A program made the position numbers and the translations under genes. This document shows, piece after piece, positions 29,748 through 39,410 of a stretch of 64,000 nucleotides of DNA. The number at the start of each line of letters is the position of its first letter. Position 1 is the stretch's first letter. The stretch comes from Candidatus Omnitrophota bacterium (GTDB taxonomy: Bacteria; Omnitrophota; Gorgyraeia; Gygaellales; Profunditerraquicolaceae). The notes under the pieces were generated by a model. It had not been told where the DNA came from. It worked only from the letters and a program-made list of their open reading frames with translations, and did no database searches. The stretch is taken from the NCBI GenBank assembly GCA_043800555.1, contig JAZDMX010000003.1, positions 97,947 to 161,946 of the forward strand, read 5' to 3'.

Positions 29748-30608
29748 TTGGATAAACCGGTTAATAACGCGGAAAATATTTATGGGCCCCGGCAAGTCGT
29801 GGTCATTAAGCCCGGCAATCCCCCGGGGCAATACTGGGTAGATATCTGGCGCTACCGGGAATTATTCTATTTTCTTGCCTGGAGGGATATAATTGTCCGG
29901 TATAAGCAGACTATAATCGGAATCGCTTGGTCCTTGATACGCCCCTTCTTGACCTTGGTTGTTTTTACCGTTGTTTTTAGCAAGATCGCCAAGCTGCCGT
30001 CTTATGGCGCGCCTTATCCGGTATTGGTATTCGCCGGATTATTGCCGTGGCAGTTTTTTGCGAACGCCCTGTCCGAAAGCAGTAATTCGCTCATTGATAA
30101 TGAAAAATTGATTACAAAGGTATATTTCCCGCGTTTTATTGTCCCTTCCAGCACGGTTATAGTGAGCATCGTGGATTTCCTGCTTAATTTATTGATCCTT
30201 ATCGCAATAATGGCATGGTATCGCTTTGCCCCCGGCCCCAGGATAATGATCTTGCCGCTATTCTTTTTGTTCGCTGTTATTGTCGCTATGGGCGCCGGGC
30301 TATGGATGGCCACTTTGAATGTGAAATACCGCGATTTTCGCTATATAGTCCCTTTTGTAATACAATTCGGGCTTTATATTTCACCTGTCGGTTTTAGCAG
30401 CGCCGTTGTCCCGCAGAATTGGAGGTTATTGTATTCGTTAAACCCTATGGTCGGGGTAATTGATGGGTTCCGTTGGGCGATAATTGGCGGAGAGTCGCAT
30501 TTTTACTGGCCGGGATTTATTATCTCCATAATCCTGGCTTTAGTGATCTTTATATCGGGCTTATTTTATTTTCGTAAGGCAGAGAAAAAATTTGCGGATG
30601 TGATTTAG
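29748..30608 (+). CDS. wzm: ABC-2 type polysaccharide/O-antigen export permease (Wzm)
   Basis: Six TMs and the characteristic [19 protein letters not shown]-terminus of Wzm/KpsM-type permeases. Confidence 0.8.
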   Translation: MDKPVNNAENIYGPRQVVVIKPGNPPGQYWVDIWRYRELFYFLAWRDIIVRYKQTIIGIAWSLIRPFLTLVVFTVVFSKIAKLPSYGAPYPVLVFAGLLPWQFFANALSESSNSLIDNEKLITKVYFPRFIVPSSTVIVSIVDFLLNLLILIAIMAWYRFAPGPRIMILPLFFLFAVIVAMGAGLWMATLNVKYRDFRYIVPFVIQFGLYISPVGFSSAVVPQNWRLLYSLNPMVGVIDGFRWAIIGGESHFYWPGFIISIILALVIFISGLFYFRKAEKKFADVI

Positions 30609-30615
30609 AGGGCTT

Positions 30616-31908
30616 ATGAATCCGGCTGTTAAAGTAGAAAATCTCGGTAAGAAATATATCATTCGCCACAATAAAGAGGCCCGTTATACGGCCTTACGCG
30701 ATGTAATAACTGATAAAGTCCGGGATATTTTTAGTTTGAATAAGCCGAAGATAAGATCCGGATTAGCCGTAGAACAGCAAGAGAGTTTTTGGGCTTTAAA
30801 AGATATTTCTTTTGAGGTTAACCCCGGAGAGAGGCTTGGAATAATCGGCAGGAATGGAGCCGGCAAGTCAACCCTGCTGAAGCTTTTGAGCAGAATTACC
30901 GAACCTACCACCGGCAGAGCGGTTATCAGGGGGCGCATAGCCAGTTTACTTGAGGTCGGGACGGGTTTTCATCCGGAATTAACCGGCAGGGAGAATATAT
31001 TCTTAAACGGCGCTGTCTTGGGTATGCCTAGGGCGCAAATAAAGGACAAATTCGATGCAATGGTGGCATTTGCGGAAGTGGAAAAATTCCTCGATACTCC
31101 GGTTAAGCGTTATTCTTCGGGGATGTATGTGCGTTTGGCTTTTGCGGTAGCTGCGCATCTTGATCCGGACATATTGGTTGTTGACGAGGTTTTGGCTGTG
31201 GGCGATGCTCAATTCCAGAAGAAATGCCTGGGGAAGATGGAAGAGGTTTCAACTCAAGAGGGAAGGACCGTGCTGTTTGTCAGCCATAACATGGGTGCTA
31301 TAGGGCAGTTATGCCAGAAGTCCATTCTTTTAGAAAACGGCAGTTTAGCCTCAACCGGAGAAACCGGCGTTGTTATCCAGCGTTATCTGGAGGGTAAAAG
31401 TTCTGGAATACTGGGAGAGAGATCGGGAATAAGCTTTAAAGAAGAAATCGGCAAGGAGCTCCAGATATCTTCCATCAAAGTAACCGATAACAAAGGAGAC
31501 ACTTTTGTAGAGCTAGATAGGATGCGTCCTTTTAGAATTGCTATAGAATATAGCGTGCGTAAATATACTGAAGTGGCCAGCGTAGATTTTGTTTTAGAAA
31601 CCTTGACCGGGGTATATATATGCCAATGTTCCGATCTTGATTTGGCCCTGGGCAAAATAATTAAGCGTGAGCCTGGATGTTATCTTGCTTATGTGGAATT
31701 CCCCGGTTACATGTTTAACGCCGGTTCATACCAGGTCCGGGCCTGGATATTGGCTGGCCAGCATGAGGTTTATGACTCTCCGGCAAAAGGCGTTATCTTC
31801 CATCTTTATGACAGCGGGACATTTGCAGCTACTTCTTCAGGAATGGGAGGGCAGCGTAACGGCATATTGGCGATGCCGGTTCAATGGAATACCAGCAGAA
31901 TAAAATGA
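30616..31908 (+). CDS. wzt: ABC transporter ATP-binding protein Wzt with a C-terminal glycan-binding domain
   Basis: Walker [13 protein letters not shown], signature [12 protein letters not shown], Walker B ILVVDE. A ~180-aa C-terminal extension typical of Wzt O-antigen terminal-residue recognition domains. Confidence 0.85.
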   Translation: MNPAVKVENLGKKYIIRHNKEARYTALRDVITDKVRDIFSLNKPKIRSGLAVEQQESFWALKDISFEVNPGERLGIIGRNGAGKSTLLKLLSRITEPTTGRAVIRGRIASLLEVGTGFHPELTGRENIFLNGAVLGMPRAQIKDKFDAMVAFAEVEKFLDTPVKRYSSGMYVRLAFAVAAHLDPDILVVDEVLAVGDAQFQKKCLGKMEEVSTQEGRTVLFVSHNMGAIGQLCQKSILLENGSLASTGETGVVIQRYLEGKSSGILGERSGISFKEEIGKELQISSIKVTDNKGDTFVELDRMRPFRIAIEYSVRKYTEVASVDFVLETLTGVYICQCSDLDLALGKIIKREPGCYLAYVEFPGYMFNAGSYQVRAWILAGQHEVYDSPAKGVIFHLYDSGTFAATSSGMGGQRNGILAMPVQWNTSRIK

Positions 31909-32408
31909 AAAAACTCAAACTATTAAAACAAGGCATAGATTTAATTGTTTATGACTTTGACGGAGTAATGACGGACAATAAAGCCTTCTTCTTTGAAGAC
32001 GCAAGAGAGGCTGTCCTGGTGAACAGGTCCGATGGCCTAGCGGTTAGCATAATTAAAAAGTCAGGTATCCCCCAGATTATTATCTCTACCGAGCCCAATA
32101 AAGTAGTGCAGGCGCGGGCAAGAAAGCTCAAGATTCCTTGCCTCTACAATATAAGCGATAAGAAAGCCGCACTAATTATGTACTGCAGAAAGATGCAGTT
32201 CGATATTAAGAAAACTATTTATATCGGTAACGATATCAATGATTTTGAGGCGATGAAAATCGCCGGTATCCCCATGGCCCCTCTGGATGCTTCCGTAGAA
32301 ATAAGGAGGATGGCTAGAGTTATCATAAATGTCCGCGGAGGCGACGGGGTCATCCGGGGTTTATTAAACTTATTAAACTTAGAAAGGGCTAAAGAAGATG
32401 ACAAGTGA
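31884..32408 (+). CDS. HAD-superfamily phosphatase, KdsC-like (ulosonate/nonulosonate-phosphate phosphatase)
   Basis: [19 protein letters not shown] is HAD motif I in KdsC family context. YIGNDINDF is motif IV. 174 aa. Confidence 0.7.
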   Translation: MEYQQNKMKKLKLLKQGIDLIVYDFDGVMTDNKAFFFEDAREAVLVNRSDGLAVSIIKKSGIPQIIISTEPNKVVQARARKLKIPCLYNISDKKAALIMYCRKMQFDIKKTIYIGNDINDFEAMKIAGIPMAPLDASVEIRRMARVIINVRGGDGVIRGLLNLLNLERAKEDDK

Positions 32409-33270
32409 GAATATTAATAAGCAAAATAACCGGATTTTCATAATAGCGGAATTGGGGATAAATCATAATGGCGATCTAAGCATTGCCAGGGAATTGATTA
32501 AAGTGGCAAAGGACGCCGGGTGTGACGCGGTTAAGTTCCAGAAGCGCTCGGTAGAACTTGTTTATTCAAAAGAGCTCCTTGATTCCCCGCGCCAGAGCCC
32601 CTGGGGAAATACTCAGAGGGCGCAAAAGGAAGGCCTGGAGTTAAGCTTGGAGGAATACCGGCAAATAGACCGTTATTGCAAAGAATTAGGCATCGAATGG
32701 TTCGCTTCGGCTTGGGATCTAGGGAGCTTAAGGTTCTTAAGGCAATTTAACCTGAAATATAATAAAGTTGCTTCGGCGTTATTGACCTACGATGCTTTCC
32801 TGAAAGAGGTGGCCGCGGAGAGAAAGTATACATTTATTTCTACGGGCATGAGCAACCTTGAACATATCGACCACGCCGTGGACATATTCAGGAAACAGGG
32901 TTGTCCTTTTGAATTGATGCATTGTATTTCGGTTTATCCTATGGATGACGAAGACGCTAATTTAAGCTGTATTAAGACGCTAAGAGAACGCTATAAATGT
33001 AACGTGGGATATAGCGGCCATGAAGTAGGGCTGGCTATTTCTTATGCCGCTGTGGCCTTTGGGATAAGTTCGCTTGAACGGCATATAACATTAGACCGGG
33101 CTATGTACGGTTCGGATCAGGCGGCCTCTCTTGAGCCGCCGGCTCTAAGAATGTTGGTTGGCGCCGTAAGGAAGATTGACAAGGCCATTGGAGACGGGGT
33201 AATTTCGATCCTGGAAAAGGAAGTGCCGATCAGCAAGAAGCTAAGGGCGCATTTCCTTAATTCTATCTAG
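32398..33270 (+). CDS. NeuB-family (N-acetylneuraminate/nonulosonate synthase) TIM-barrel protein lacking the C-terminal SAF domain
   Basis: IIAELGINHNGDLSIARELIKVAKDAGCDAVKFQK is the NeuB N-terminal signature. The ORF ends at 290 aa, with no antifreeze-like/SAF domain. Confidence 0.8.
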   Translation: MTSENINKQNNRIFIIAELGINHNGDLSIARELIKVAKDAGCDAVKFQKRSVELVYSKELLDSPRQSPWGNTQRAQKEGLELSLEEYRQIDRYCKELGIEWFASAWDLGSLRFLRQFNLKYNKVASALLTYDAFLKEVAAERKYTFISTGMSNLEHIDHAVDIFRKQGCPFELMHCISVYPMDDEDANLSCIKTLRERYKCNVGYSGHEVGLAISYAAVAFGISSLERHITLDRAMYGSDQAASLEPPALRMLVGAVRKIDKAIGDGVISILEKEVPISKKLRAHFLNSI

Positions 33271-33291
33271 GATTGGCCAGGACGTTAGCCT

Positions 33292-34044
33292 ATGAAAAAT
33301 AAAAAAGGATTAATTCCCGCTTTCATTACTGTAAGGTCTGCTTCATCAAGGCTTCCCTCAAAATGCCTTTTGCCATTTGGCGATGGAAATGTCTTGGAAC
33401 ATGTCATCCGCAGGGTTAAGTTTTTTGGATTGGAAGCGGTTGTCTGCACAACATCTGAACCCGGCGATGATATTATTGCGCAGATAGCCCGGAGAGAGCG
33501 GGTAGAGTGCTTCAGGGGCAGCTCCGAGGATAAGCTAAGGCGTTGGCTTGATTGTTGCGATAGCTTAGGGTTCGATAAATTCCATACTATAGACGCGGAC
33601 GACCCTTTTTTTGACCCCATTCTGGTAAAAAAAAGTTTCTCGCTGCTTAATAGGGGTTATGATCTGGTTTACCCGACCAAGAGTTCTTCTCTGGGAGCTG
33701 CAAGCGTGGGTTTCTCGTTAACCAGGGGCATAGTTTTCTTAGCGTGTGAAATTAAGAAAACCAAAAAGACGGAGATGGCCTGGGTATTCCTTGAGAGAGT
33801 TCCTGGGATAAGGGCTAAGAGGCTTGAGGAAGAATGCCCCGGAAAACCCAAATCCCGGCTTACCTTAGATTATGAAGAAGATTACTGGTTGCTTCGGACA
33901 GTCCAGCGTTTATTAGGGAATAACGCCTCCCGTAGGCGGGTTGACGATCTCTTTGCAAGAAATCCGGATCTCTATAAGGTCAACTGGTTTCGTAATAGCC
34001 AATGGAAAAAGAGGCAGGCTTTTTTAAGCAGGGTTAGGAAATAG
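33292..34044 (+). CDS. Acylneuraminate cytidylyltransferase-family protein (CMP-nonulosonate/ulosonate synthetase-like)
   Basis: LIPAFITVRSASSRLPSKCLLPFGDGNVLEHVIRR is the CMP-sugar synthetase N-terminal motif (compare PseF/SpsF/NeuA). Confidence 0.7.
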   Translation: MKNKKGLIPAFITVRSASSRLPSKCLLPFGDGNVLEHVIRRVKFFGLEAVVCTTSEPGDDIIAQIARRERVECFRGSSEDKLRRWLDCCDSLGFDKFHTIDADDPFFDPILVKKSFSLLNRGYDLVYPTKSSSLGAASVGFSLTRGIVFLACEIKKTKKTEMAWVFLERVPGIRAKRLEEECPGKPKSRLTLDYEEDYWLLRTVQRLLGNNASRRRVDDLFARNPDLYKVNWFRNSQWKKRQAFLSRVRK

Positions 34045-34048
34045 AAGG

Positions 34049-34870
34049 ATGATGAAAAAGCATAGTTTTGGAATAGTCCAGGGCCGTTTGACTCCTTCGC
34101 CCCGGGGCCGCTTACAGTGCTTCCCCCGGGATAATTGGCGGAAGGAATTTAGAGACGCATCTTTACTCGGGTATAATTTTATTGAGATGATAGCCGACAG
34201 GAGGTTTAACCCTAAGAATCCTCTTTGGAGTAGTCCCGGGCTCAAGAAGATAAAGGATGCGTGCTTGCGGCATAATCTTCAGGCGTATTCGGTCTGCAAT
34301 GATTTCATCATTAGCCACTCTCTTGTTAACGAGCCTAATGCCGAAGAGCAGACAATGAGGCTTATCGGCCGATCCGCTCTTCTGGGGATGAAAGTTTTGA
34401 TACTCCCGCTATTTGAGAGGAGCCAGATAAATATTCTAAATTACAGAAGGTTCTTGATTCCTTTAAGAAGGATTGCCGATGCTTCAGCCAGCAAGAAGAT
34501 CGTTATTTGCCTTGAAACAAACCTTGGGGCAGGGGAAATCCTTAGGATTTCGAAGTTTTTTAATCATTCCAACATTAAATATGTATTTGATTCCGGAAAC
34601 AGGGTTGTCCTTAAAGAAGATATCTACTCGGATATAAAGATCCTTAAGGGGTTGATAGGGCATATTCATATTAAAGACAAGGACCAGGCGGGGGATAATG
34701 TCCTGCTTGGAACGGGAAAAGTAAATTTTCTAAAGCTCTTCCGGTCTTTAGCGTTGATTGATTATACCGGCCCGTATGTCTTTGAGACTACAAGAGGGCG
34801 CGATCCTTTAAATACCGCCCGCTATCATAAAACATTGGTAGAGTTTTTCTTAAATGAGGCTTCAAAATGA
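34049..34870 (+). CDS. Sugar phosphate isomerase/epimerase (xylose-isomerase-like TIM barrel) family protein
   Basis: ~270 aa with an alternating beta/alpha pattern and a metal-ligand-like HIHIKD. Sits inside the nonulosonate module. Confidence 0.45.
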   Translation: MMKKHSFGIVQGRLTPSPRGRLQCFPRDNWRKEFRDASLLGYNFIEMIADRRFNPKNPLWSSPGLKKIKDACLRHNLQAYSVCNDFIISHSLVNEPNAEEQTMRLIGRSALLGMKVLILPLFERSQINILNYRRFLIPLRRIADASASKKIVICLETNLGAGEILRISKFFNHSNIKYVFDSGNRVVLKEDIYSDIKILKGLIGHIHIKDKDQAGDNVLLGTGKVNFLKLFRSLALIDYTGPYVFETTRGRDPLNTARYHKTLVEFFLNEASK

Positions 34871-35907
34871 TAAGAATACGGAAGATACTCTTTATAGGTT
34901 TAGGGGGAGCGGGGCAAAGGCATCTGCGGATTTTTAAAGATCTTCTTCCTGCCGATGTTGAATTCTTGGCTTTTCGCTCAACCGGAAAGACCCCTTTGCT
35001 TAATCCGGATTTCTCGGTCGATAATAGCTGTAGCCTAGAGAATAAATACGGGCTTAGATTATGCGGTTCTTTGAGGGAAGGCTTGGATAATAACCCGGAT
35101 TTAGCAGTGATTGCTAACCCTACTGTTTTGCATTTTGATACGGCAATTAAAGCAGCTGGGAGGGGCATAAATATATTTATCGAGAAGCCGCTTGCTTGCA
35201 GCCTAGCCGGGGCAAATAGCCTTAGCCGGCTGGTTTTAAGCAAGAATTTATATTTCTTTGTTTCTTTTCAATTGAGGTTTAATCCGCAGCTGAGGCTGGT
35301 TAAAGAGATGCTTCTTGAAGGCAGGCTGGGCAAGATTATTTCGGCCGAATTCAATGTTTGTTCATACGTTCCGGGGTGGCATAAATATGAGGATTTCAAA
35401 AACCTCTACGCCTGCAGGAAAGACCTGGGAGGAGGGGTTTTATTGACCGAGATACATGAAATTGACCTAGCTTGCTGGTATTTTGGCTTACCGGATTATG
35501 TTTACTGCGTTGCCGGTAATTATTCGGGGGTTCCTCTTGAGGTCGAAGATACGGCCCATACAATCTTGAAATATAAAGATTTCTCTGTGCAAGTGAACCA
35601 ATCTTTTATGCAAAAGCACCCGCGCCGGGACCTTTATATTTCCGGGACAAAAGGCTATCTTGAATGGAGCTCCCTGGATAATAAGTTGTTGTTCGAGGAT
35701 TACTCGGGCAAAAAAAAGAGAATAATAACCGGCGGAAAATTTAATTATGAGGGTATGTTTTATTCCCAGGCAAGGTTTTTCCTGAAGAAGGCCAAGAGGG
35801 CGGATAAGAACAGCATTAAGTCGGCATATGCTTCCGTAGCCGTTGTGGAGGCAGCCAAGAAGTCCAGCCAAACCGGCAGGGAGTGCAAGGTAAGCCGGGT
35901 TATTTAA
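34867..35907 (+). CDS. Gfo/Idh/MocA-family NAD(P)-dependent oxidoreductase
   Basis: KILFIGLGGAGQRHLRIF Rossmann N-terminus. A C-terminal alpha/beta domain with the EKPLA motif. Confidence 0.7.
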   Translation: MIRIRKILFIGLGGAGQRHLRIFKDLLPADVEFLAFRSTGKTPLLNPDFSVDNSCSLENKYGLRLCGSLREGLDNNPDLAVIANPTVLHFDTAIKAAGRGINIFIEKPLACSLAGANSLSRLVLSKNLYFFVSFQLRFNPQLRLVKEMLLEGRLGKIISAEFNVCSYVPGWHKYEDFKNLYACRKDLGGGVLLTEIHEIDLACWYFGLPDYVYCVAGNYSGVPLEVEDTAHTILKYKDFSVQVNQSFMQKHPRRDLYISGTKGYLEWSSLDNKLLFEDYSGKKKRIITGGKFNYEGMFYSQARFFLKKAKRADKNSIKSAYASVAVVEAAKKSSQTGRECKVSRVI

Positions 35908-36746
35908 AAAGAGAGGTGCGTATGGTTTTAGATAAATTCATCCTTAAAGATAGGGTTGTAGTTATAACCGGAGGCGCAGGCCTGTTTGGCTACCAGCATG
36001 CCGTTGCCGTTATTGAGGCCGGAGGTATTCCGGTTATTTCCGATGTTAATGTGGATGTTGCCCGGGAAGAGTCGGTTGCTTTGTCCGAAAAATACAAGAA
36101 TAAGGCTTTAGGCATCCGCATGGATGTTACTTCCAGAGAAAGCGTTCTGGAGGCAAAAAAGGAAATCCTTAACCAATTTGGGAGGATAGATTGTCTTATT
36201 AATAATGCGGCCTTGGACCCAAAGATGAATGATTCTTTGGATAATGCCTGGACGAGGTTTGAAAACTTTTCTGGCCAGGTATGGGATAAGGAGCTTTTGG
36301 TAGGCTTAAAAGGCGCATTTACCTGCAGCCAGGTTTTCGGGGAGCACATGGCTGAAAATGGCAAGGGTGTAATATTGAATATCGCTTCAGATTTAGGGAT
36401 TATTTCTCCCGATCAGAGGATTTATAGGAGGCAAGGGCTTCCCGAGGAAAAGCAACCTGTTAAACCCGTTACCTACTCGGTTATAAAACATGGTTTAATA
36501 GGTTTAACCAGGTATGCGGCAACTTACTGGGCGTTTAAAGGCGTCCGGGTCAACGCGCTTTGCGCGGGGGGAATTTATAATAACCAGCCCGGGGAATTTG
36601 TCGAAAAGCTCACTAATCTTATTCCTATGGCTAGGATGGCTGATTTAGATGAGTATCAAGCGGCCGTTGTTTTTCTTCTTTCCGACGCCTCTTCTTATAT
36701 GACCGGAAGCTCCTTGGTTATTGACGGAGGAAGGACCTGTTGGTAG
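35883..36746 (+). CDS. Classical short-chain dehydrogenase/reductase (SDR)
   Basis: VVVITGGAGLFGYQHA matches TGxxxGxG. NNAA motif. YSVIKHG is the YxxxK motif. Confidence 0.8.
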   Translation: MQGKPGYLKREVRMVLDKFILKDRVVVITGGAGLFGYQHAVAVIEAGGIPVISDVNVDVAREESVALSEKYKNKALGIRMDVTSRESVLEAKKEILNQFGRIDCLINNAALDPKMNDSLDNAWTRFENFSGQVWDKELLVGLKGAFTCSQVFGEHMAENGKGVILNIASDLGIISPDQRIYRRQGLPEEKQPVKPVTYSVIKHGLIGLTRYAATYWAFKGVRVNALCAGGIYNNQPGEFVEKLTNLIPMARMADLDEYQAAVVFLLSDASSYMTGSSLVIDGGRTCW

Positions 36747-36761
36747 CGCGGAGTAATTAAA

Positions 36762-38153
36762 ATGAGTAAAATTCTTTTTGTATATCCAAATAAAGAAGGT
36801 TATCCTATCATCCCTCTGGGGATAAGCGTCCTGGCAGGCATTCTTAAGAAAGCCGGCCACGAACTGGATATTTTTGATATTACTTTTATGATGCCGGAGA
36901 GGCTGGACCATAATGCCCGGATTAAAACCGGCGTAGTCATAAAAGTGGATATGGAGAAATACTGGGGAGAAGGCGCCGAGAAAGCCGATATTAATGTTGA
37001 GATTACCAGGAAGATCCAAGGCTTTAAACCTGATCTAGTAGCCTTTTCTGTGGTTGAAAACAACTATAGCTGCGCCAGGGGACTGTTTAAGGCGGTCAAG
37101 AAGGCAACAGATGCCCCTATTTTGGCCGGAGGCTTGTTTCCGACAGTCGCGCCGCAGTTTTTTATTGAAGATAAAAATGTAGATTTGCTTTGTATCGGGG
37201 AAGGCGAATACCCCATGTTGGAGCTGGCAACTAGGTTAGACGAAAAAAAAGGTTTTTCGGGCATAAATAACCTTATTATAAAAAATGGCGGCTTGATTGA
37301 GAAGAACCCTTATAACAGGTATTACGACTGGGAGCCAAACGTTTTCCAGGACTGGGGGAAATTCAGCGAAAAACATTTATTAAAACCTTTTGTCGGGAAA
37401 GTTTGGAGGACCGGTTTCTTTGAAACTTCCCGGGGTTGCCCTTTCCAGTGTTTCTATTGCGCCAACCATGTGTATCAGGATATTTTCAAGTCGCTAGGGA
37501 AATACCACAGAGAAAAGCCGCTGGATTATGTTATGGAGGAAATATCCTATAAAAAGAAGAAGTATTCTTTGGAATTATGCTTTTTTAACGATGAAAATTT
37601 CGTAATGATGGGCGAAGACAGATTCAAGAAATTCTGCGCGGAATACAAAAAACACATAGATTTGCCATTTTTTATTCAAACCCGGGCCGATACCCTCTTG
37701 AACGAATCTAAGGTCAGGGCGTTAAAAGAAACGGGTTGCGTTACTATCGGTATAGGCGTTGAATCGGGAAGCGAGAGAATACGCAAGGAAGTGTTAAACA
37801 AGCCTTTATCAAACCAGGCCTACCTGAAAGCATTTGAAAATTGCCATAAATATGATATCCGGACAACAGCCAACGTTATGATGGGAGTGCCTTTTGAGAA
37901 AGAAGAAGATATACTGGAATCTGCCGAGTTCTGCAAGAAAATTAAGGCAAAAAGCGTTTCTCTGGCTATTTTTGCCCCTTATTATGGGTCTGGGTTGCGG
38001 GACATTTCCGTAAAGCACGGTTTTATAGAAGACAAATACCATGACGATATTTCCATGAATTATACTTCGATTATGAAGATGCCGCAATTGTCAAAAGAGA
38101 AAATCGAAGAATTATATTATAAATTTAACAGTTTAGTCTACGGCGGAAGTTAA
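36762..38153 (+). CDS. Cobalamin (B12)-binding domain radical SAM enzyme #1
   Basis: N-terminal B12-binding-like Rossmann (ILFVYPNKEGYPIIPLGISVLAGILKKAGHE). Radical SAM cluster motif TSRGCPFQCFYCANH (CxxxCxxC). Confidence 0.8.
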   Translation: MSKILFVYPNKEGYPIIPLGISVLAGILKKAGHELDIFDITFMMPERLDHNARIKTGVVIKVDMEKYWGEGAEKADINVEITRKIQGFKPDLVAFSVVENNYSCARGLFKAVKKATDAPILAGGLFPTVAPQFFIEDKNVDLLCIGEGEYPMLELATRLDEKKGFSGINNLIIKNGGLIEKNPYNRYYDWEPNVFQDWGKFSEKHLLKPFVGKVWRTGFFETSRGCPFQCFYCANHVYQDIFKSLGKYHREKPLDYVMEEISYKKKKYSLELCFFNDENFVMMGEDRFKKFCAEYKKHIDLPFFIQTRADTLLNESKVRALKETGCVTIGIGVESGSERIRKEVLNKPLSNQAYLKAFENCHKYDIRTTANVMMGVPFEKEEDILESAEFCKKIKAKSVSLAIFAPYYGSGLRDISVKHGFIEDKYHDDISMNYTSIMKMPQLSKEKIEELYYKFNSLVYGGS

Positions 38154-38180
38154 TTACCGGGGGGGTAATCTTCATCTAAA

Positions 38181-39386
38181 ATGCCTCTAGAGCATATATA
38201 TTATATTTGCGGGCATATAACGGACCTGGCGCTAAGCAATGAAATGCGTAAGTTTTTTAAAAGGGTTTTTCCAGGTTTAGAGCAGCATATTGTGCTGGTA
38301 GAACACCCCTATCTTTCTACTGTTGAGTCCAAGATGATATTGGATTGCTTTAGTTCGGTAACCAGGCTGCCTTATTGCGAAACAGTCTTTACAAACAGAT
38401 GGTCCCATGAATTGAGGCCGCAAGCAATATATAAAAGGCTCTCTAATGCGTTTGGCTTCTTGAAGGAATCCGGAGAGCGGCTTAAATTCAAAACCAAAGC
38501 GCTTTGTTTTACTTATGAGATGAGCGAAGACGGGCTTGCGGTCAGGCTGCTTCTTAACAGGATAAGAAAAAATAAGGGTTTGATTTTGTGCCGCTTAGGC
38601 ATGTGGGGCCCGCGCATCAGCGCCTGCAAGACCAATGACTGGCTATTTTGGCTATTGAATAATTTTTATTGTTTGCTTGGGGCTCCGGCAGTCAGCGTAA
38701 ATGTGGGCGGTTGGATGCTGCGGGAAAGAAGGTATTACGCGGAAAAGAAGATACCGCGGTATCACCTGGTCTTTTCGAATAAATGGAAGGATAATGACGG
38801 GTTCAGAGAGGTAAAATATCCGGTTCCCGAAAACAAAGAGAGGACCAGCGTTAGAAAAATGGTATTTTTCTTTGATGACGGGTTATTCTGGGTGGAGCAT
38901 TTCCCGCAAAAGTTCTCTTTGGAATACTGGACCGCTAAAATGAACGAGTTATTAAGGAAAATATCCGAGATTTATAAAGGAGAGGACGTAGATCTTTTGT
39001 TTAAGATGCACCCGGGGGATACAGTAGGAGGGTATTTGCCTCCTTATGATTTGGCTGATTTTAAGATTTATGATGGGAACCTGACTTCCGAGTCTATTTA
39101 TTCCCGCAGGCACAATGAAATCAGGGCCGTTTACGGTATTTGTTCTACTTCCACAAGAACAGCGGATTTATACGGAATCAAAAGCTATGTTTTTTTCGAG
39201 ATGTTTGATATGCCCGAAGATGCCAAAGAAAGGTTCCGGCAGTTCTTGTTGGCCTATAGTAATGTTGTAAGCATAAGAGACCTTGACGGATTATCAGCCC
39301 CCGCTCTTGCCAGTAATACTTGCGTATCGGTTAACGGGGATCAAGAGAGGCTAAAGGGTTTATTTAAGGAGATAATGCAAAACTAG
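38181..39386 (+). CDS. Hypothetical GT-B-like protein with D-D-G and H-P motifs (candidate CMP-ulosonate/nonulosonate transferase)
   Basis: VFFFDDGLFW (D-D-G) followed ~45 aa later by LLFKMHPGD (H-P). This motif pair is characteristic of bacterial sialyl-/Kdo-transferase-like GT-B enzymes. No other recognisable domain. Confidence 0.35.
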   Translation: MPLEHIYYICGHITDLALSNEMRKFFKRVFPGLEQHIVLVEHPYLSTVESKMILDCFSSVTRLPYCETVFTNRWSHELRPQAIYKRLSNAFGFLKESGERLKFKTKALCFTYEMSEDGLAVRLLLNRIRKNKGLILCRLGMWGPRISACKTNDWLFWLLNNFYCLLGAPAVSVNVGGWMLRERRYYAEKKIPRYHLVFSNKWKDNDGFREVKYPVPENKERTSVRKMVFFFDDGLFWVEHFPQKFSLEYWTAKMNELLRKISEIYKGEDVDLLFKMHPGDTVGGYLPPYDLADFKIYDGNLTSESIYSRRHNEIRAVYGICSTSTRTADLYGIKSYVFFEMFDMPEDAKERFRQFLLAYSNVVSIRDLDGLSAPALASNTCVSVNGDQERLKGLFKEIMQN

Positions 39387-39410
39387 TTTATTAAAAGAAA
39401 GAGGAAAGCA

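Noticed and set aside
32361-32378. Perfect tandem duplication ttattaaac-ttattaaac near the 3' end of the HAD phosphatase gene.
   Set aside because: Only two copies of 9 nt, encoding LLNLLNL. It is far too short to be a repeat element or CRISPR-like array, and is probably replication slippage.
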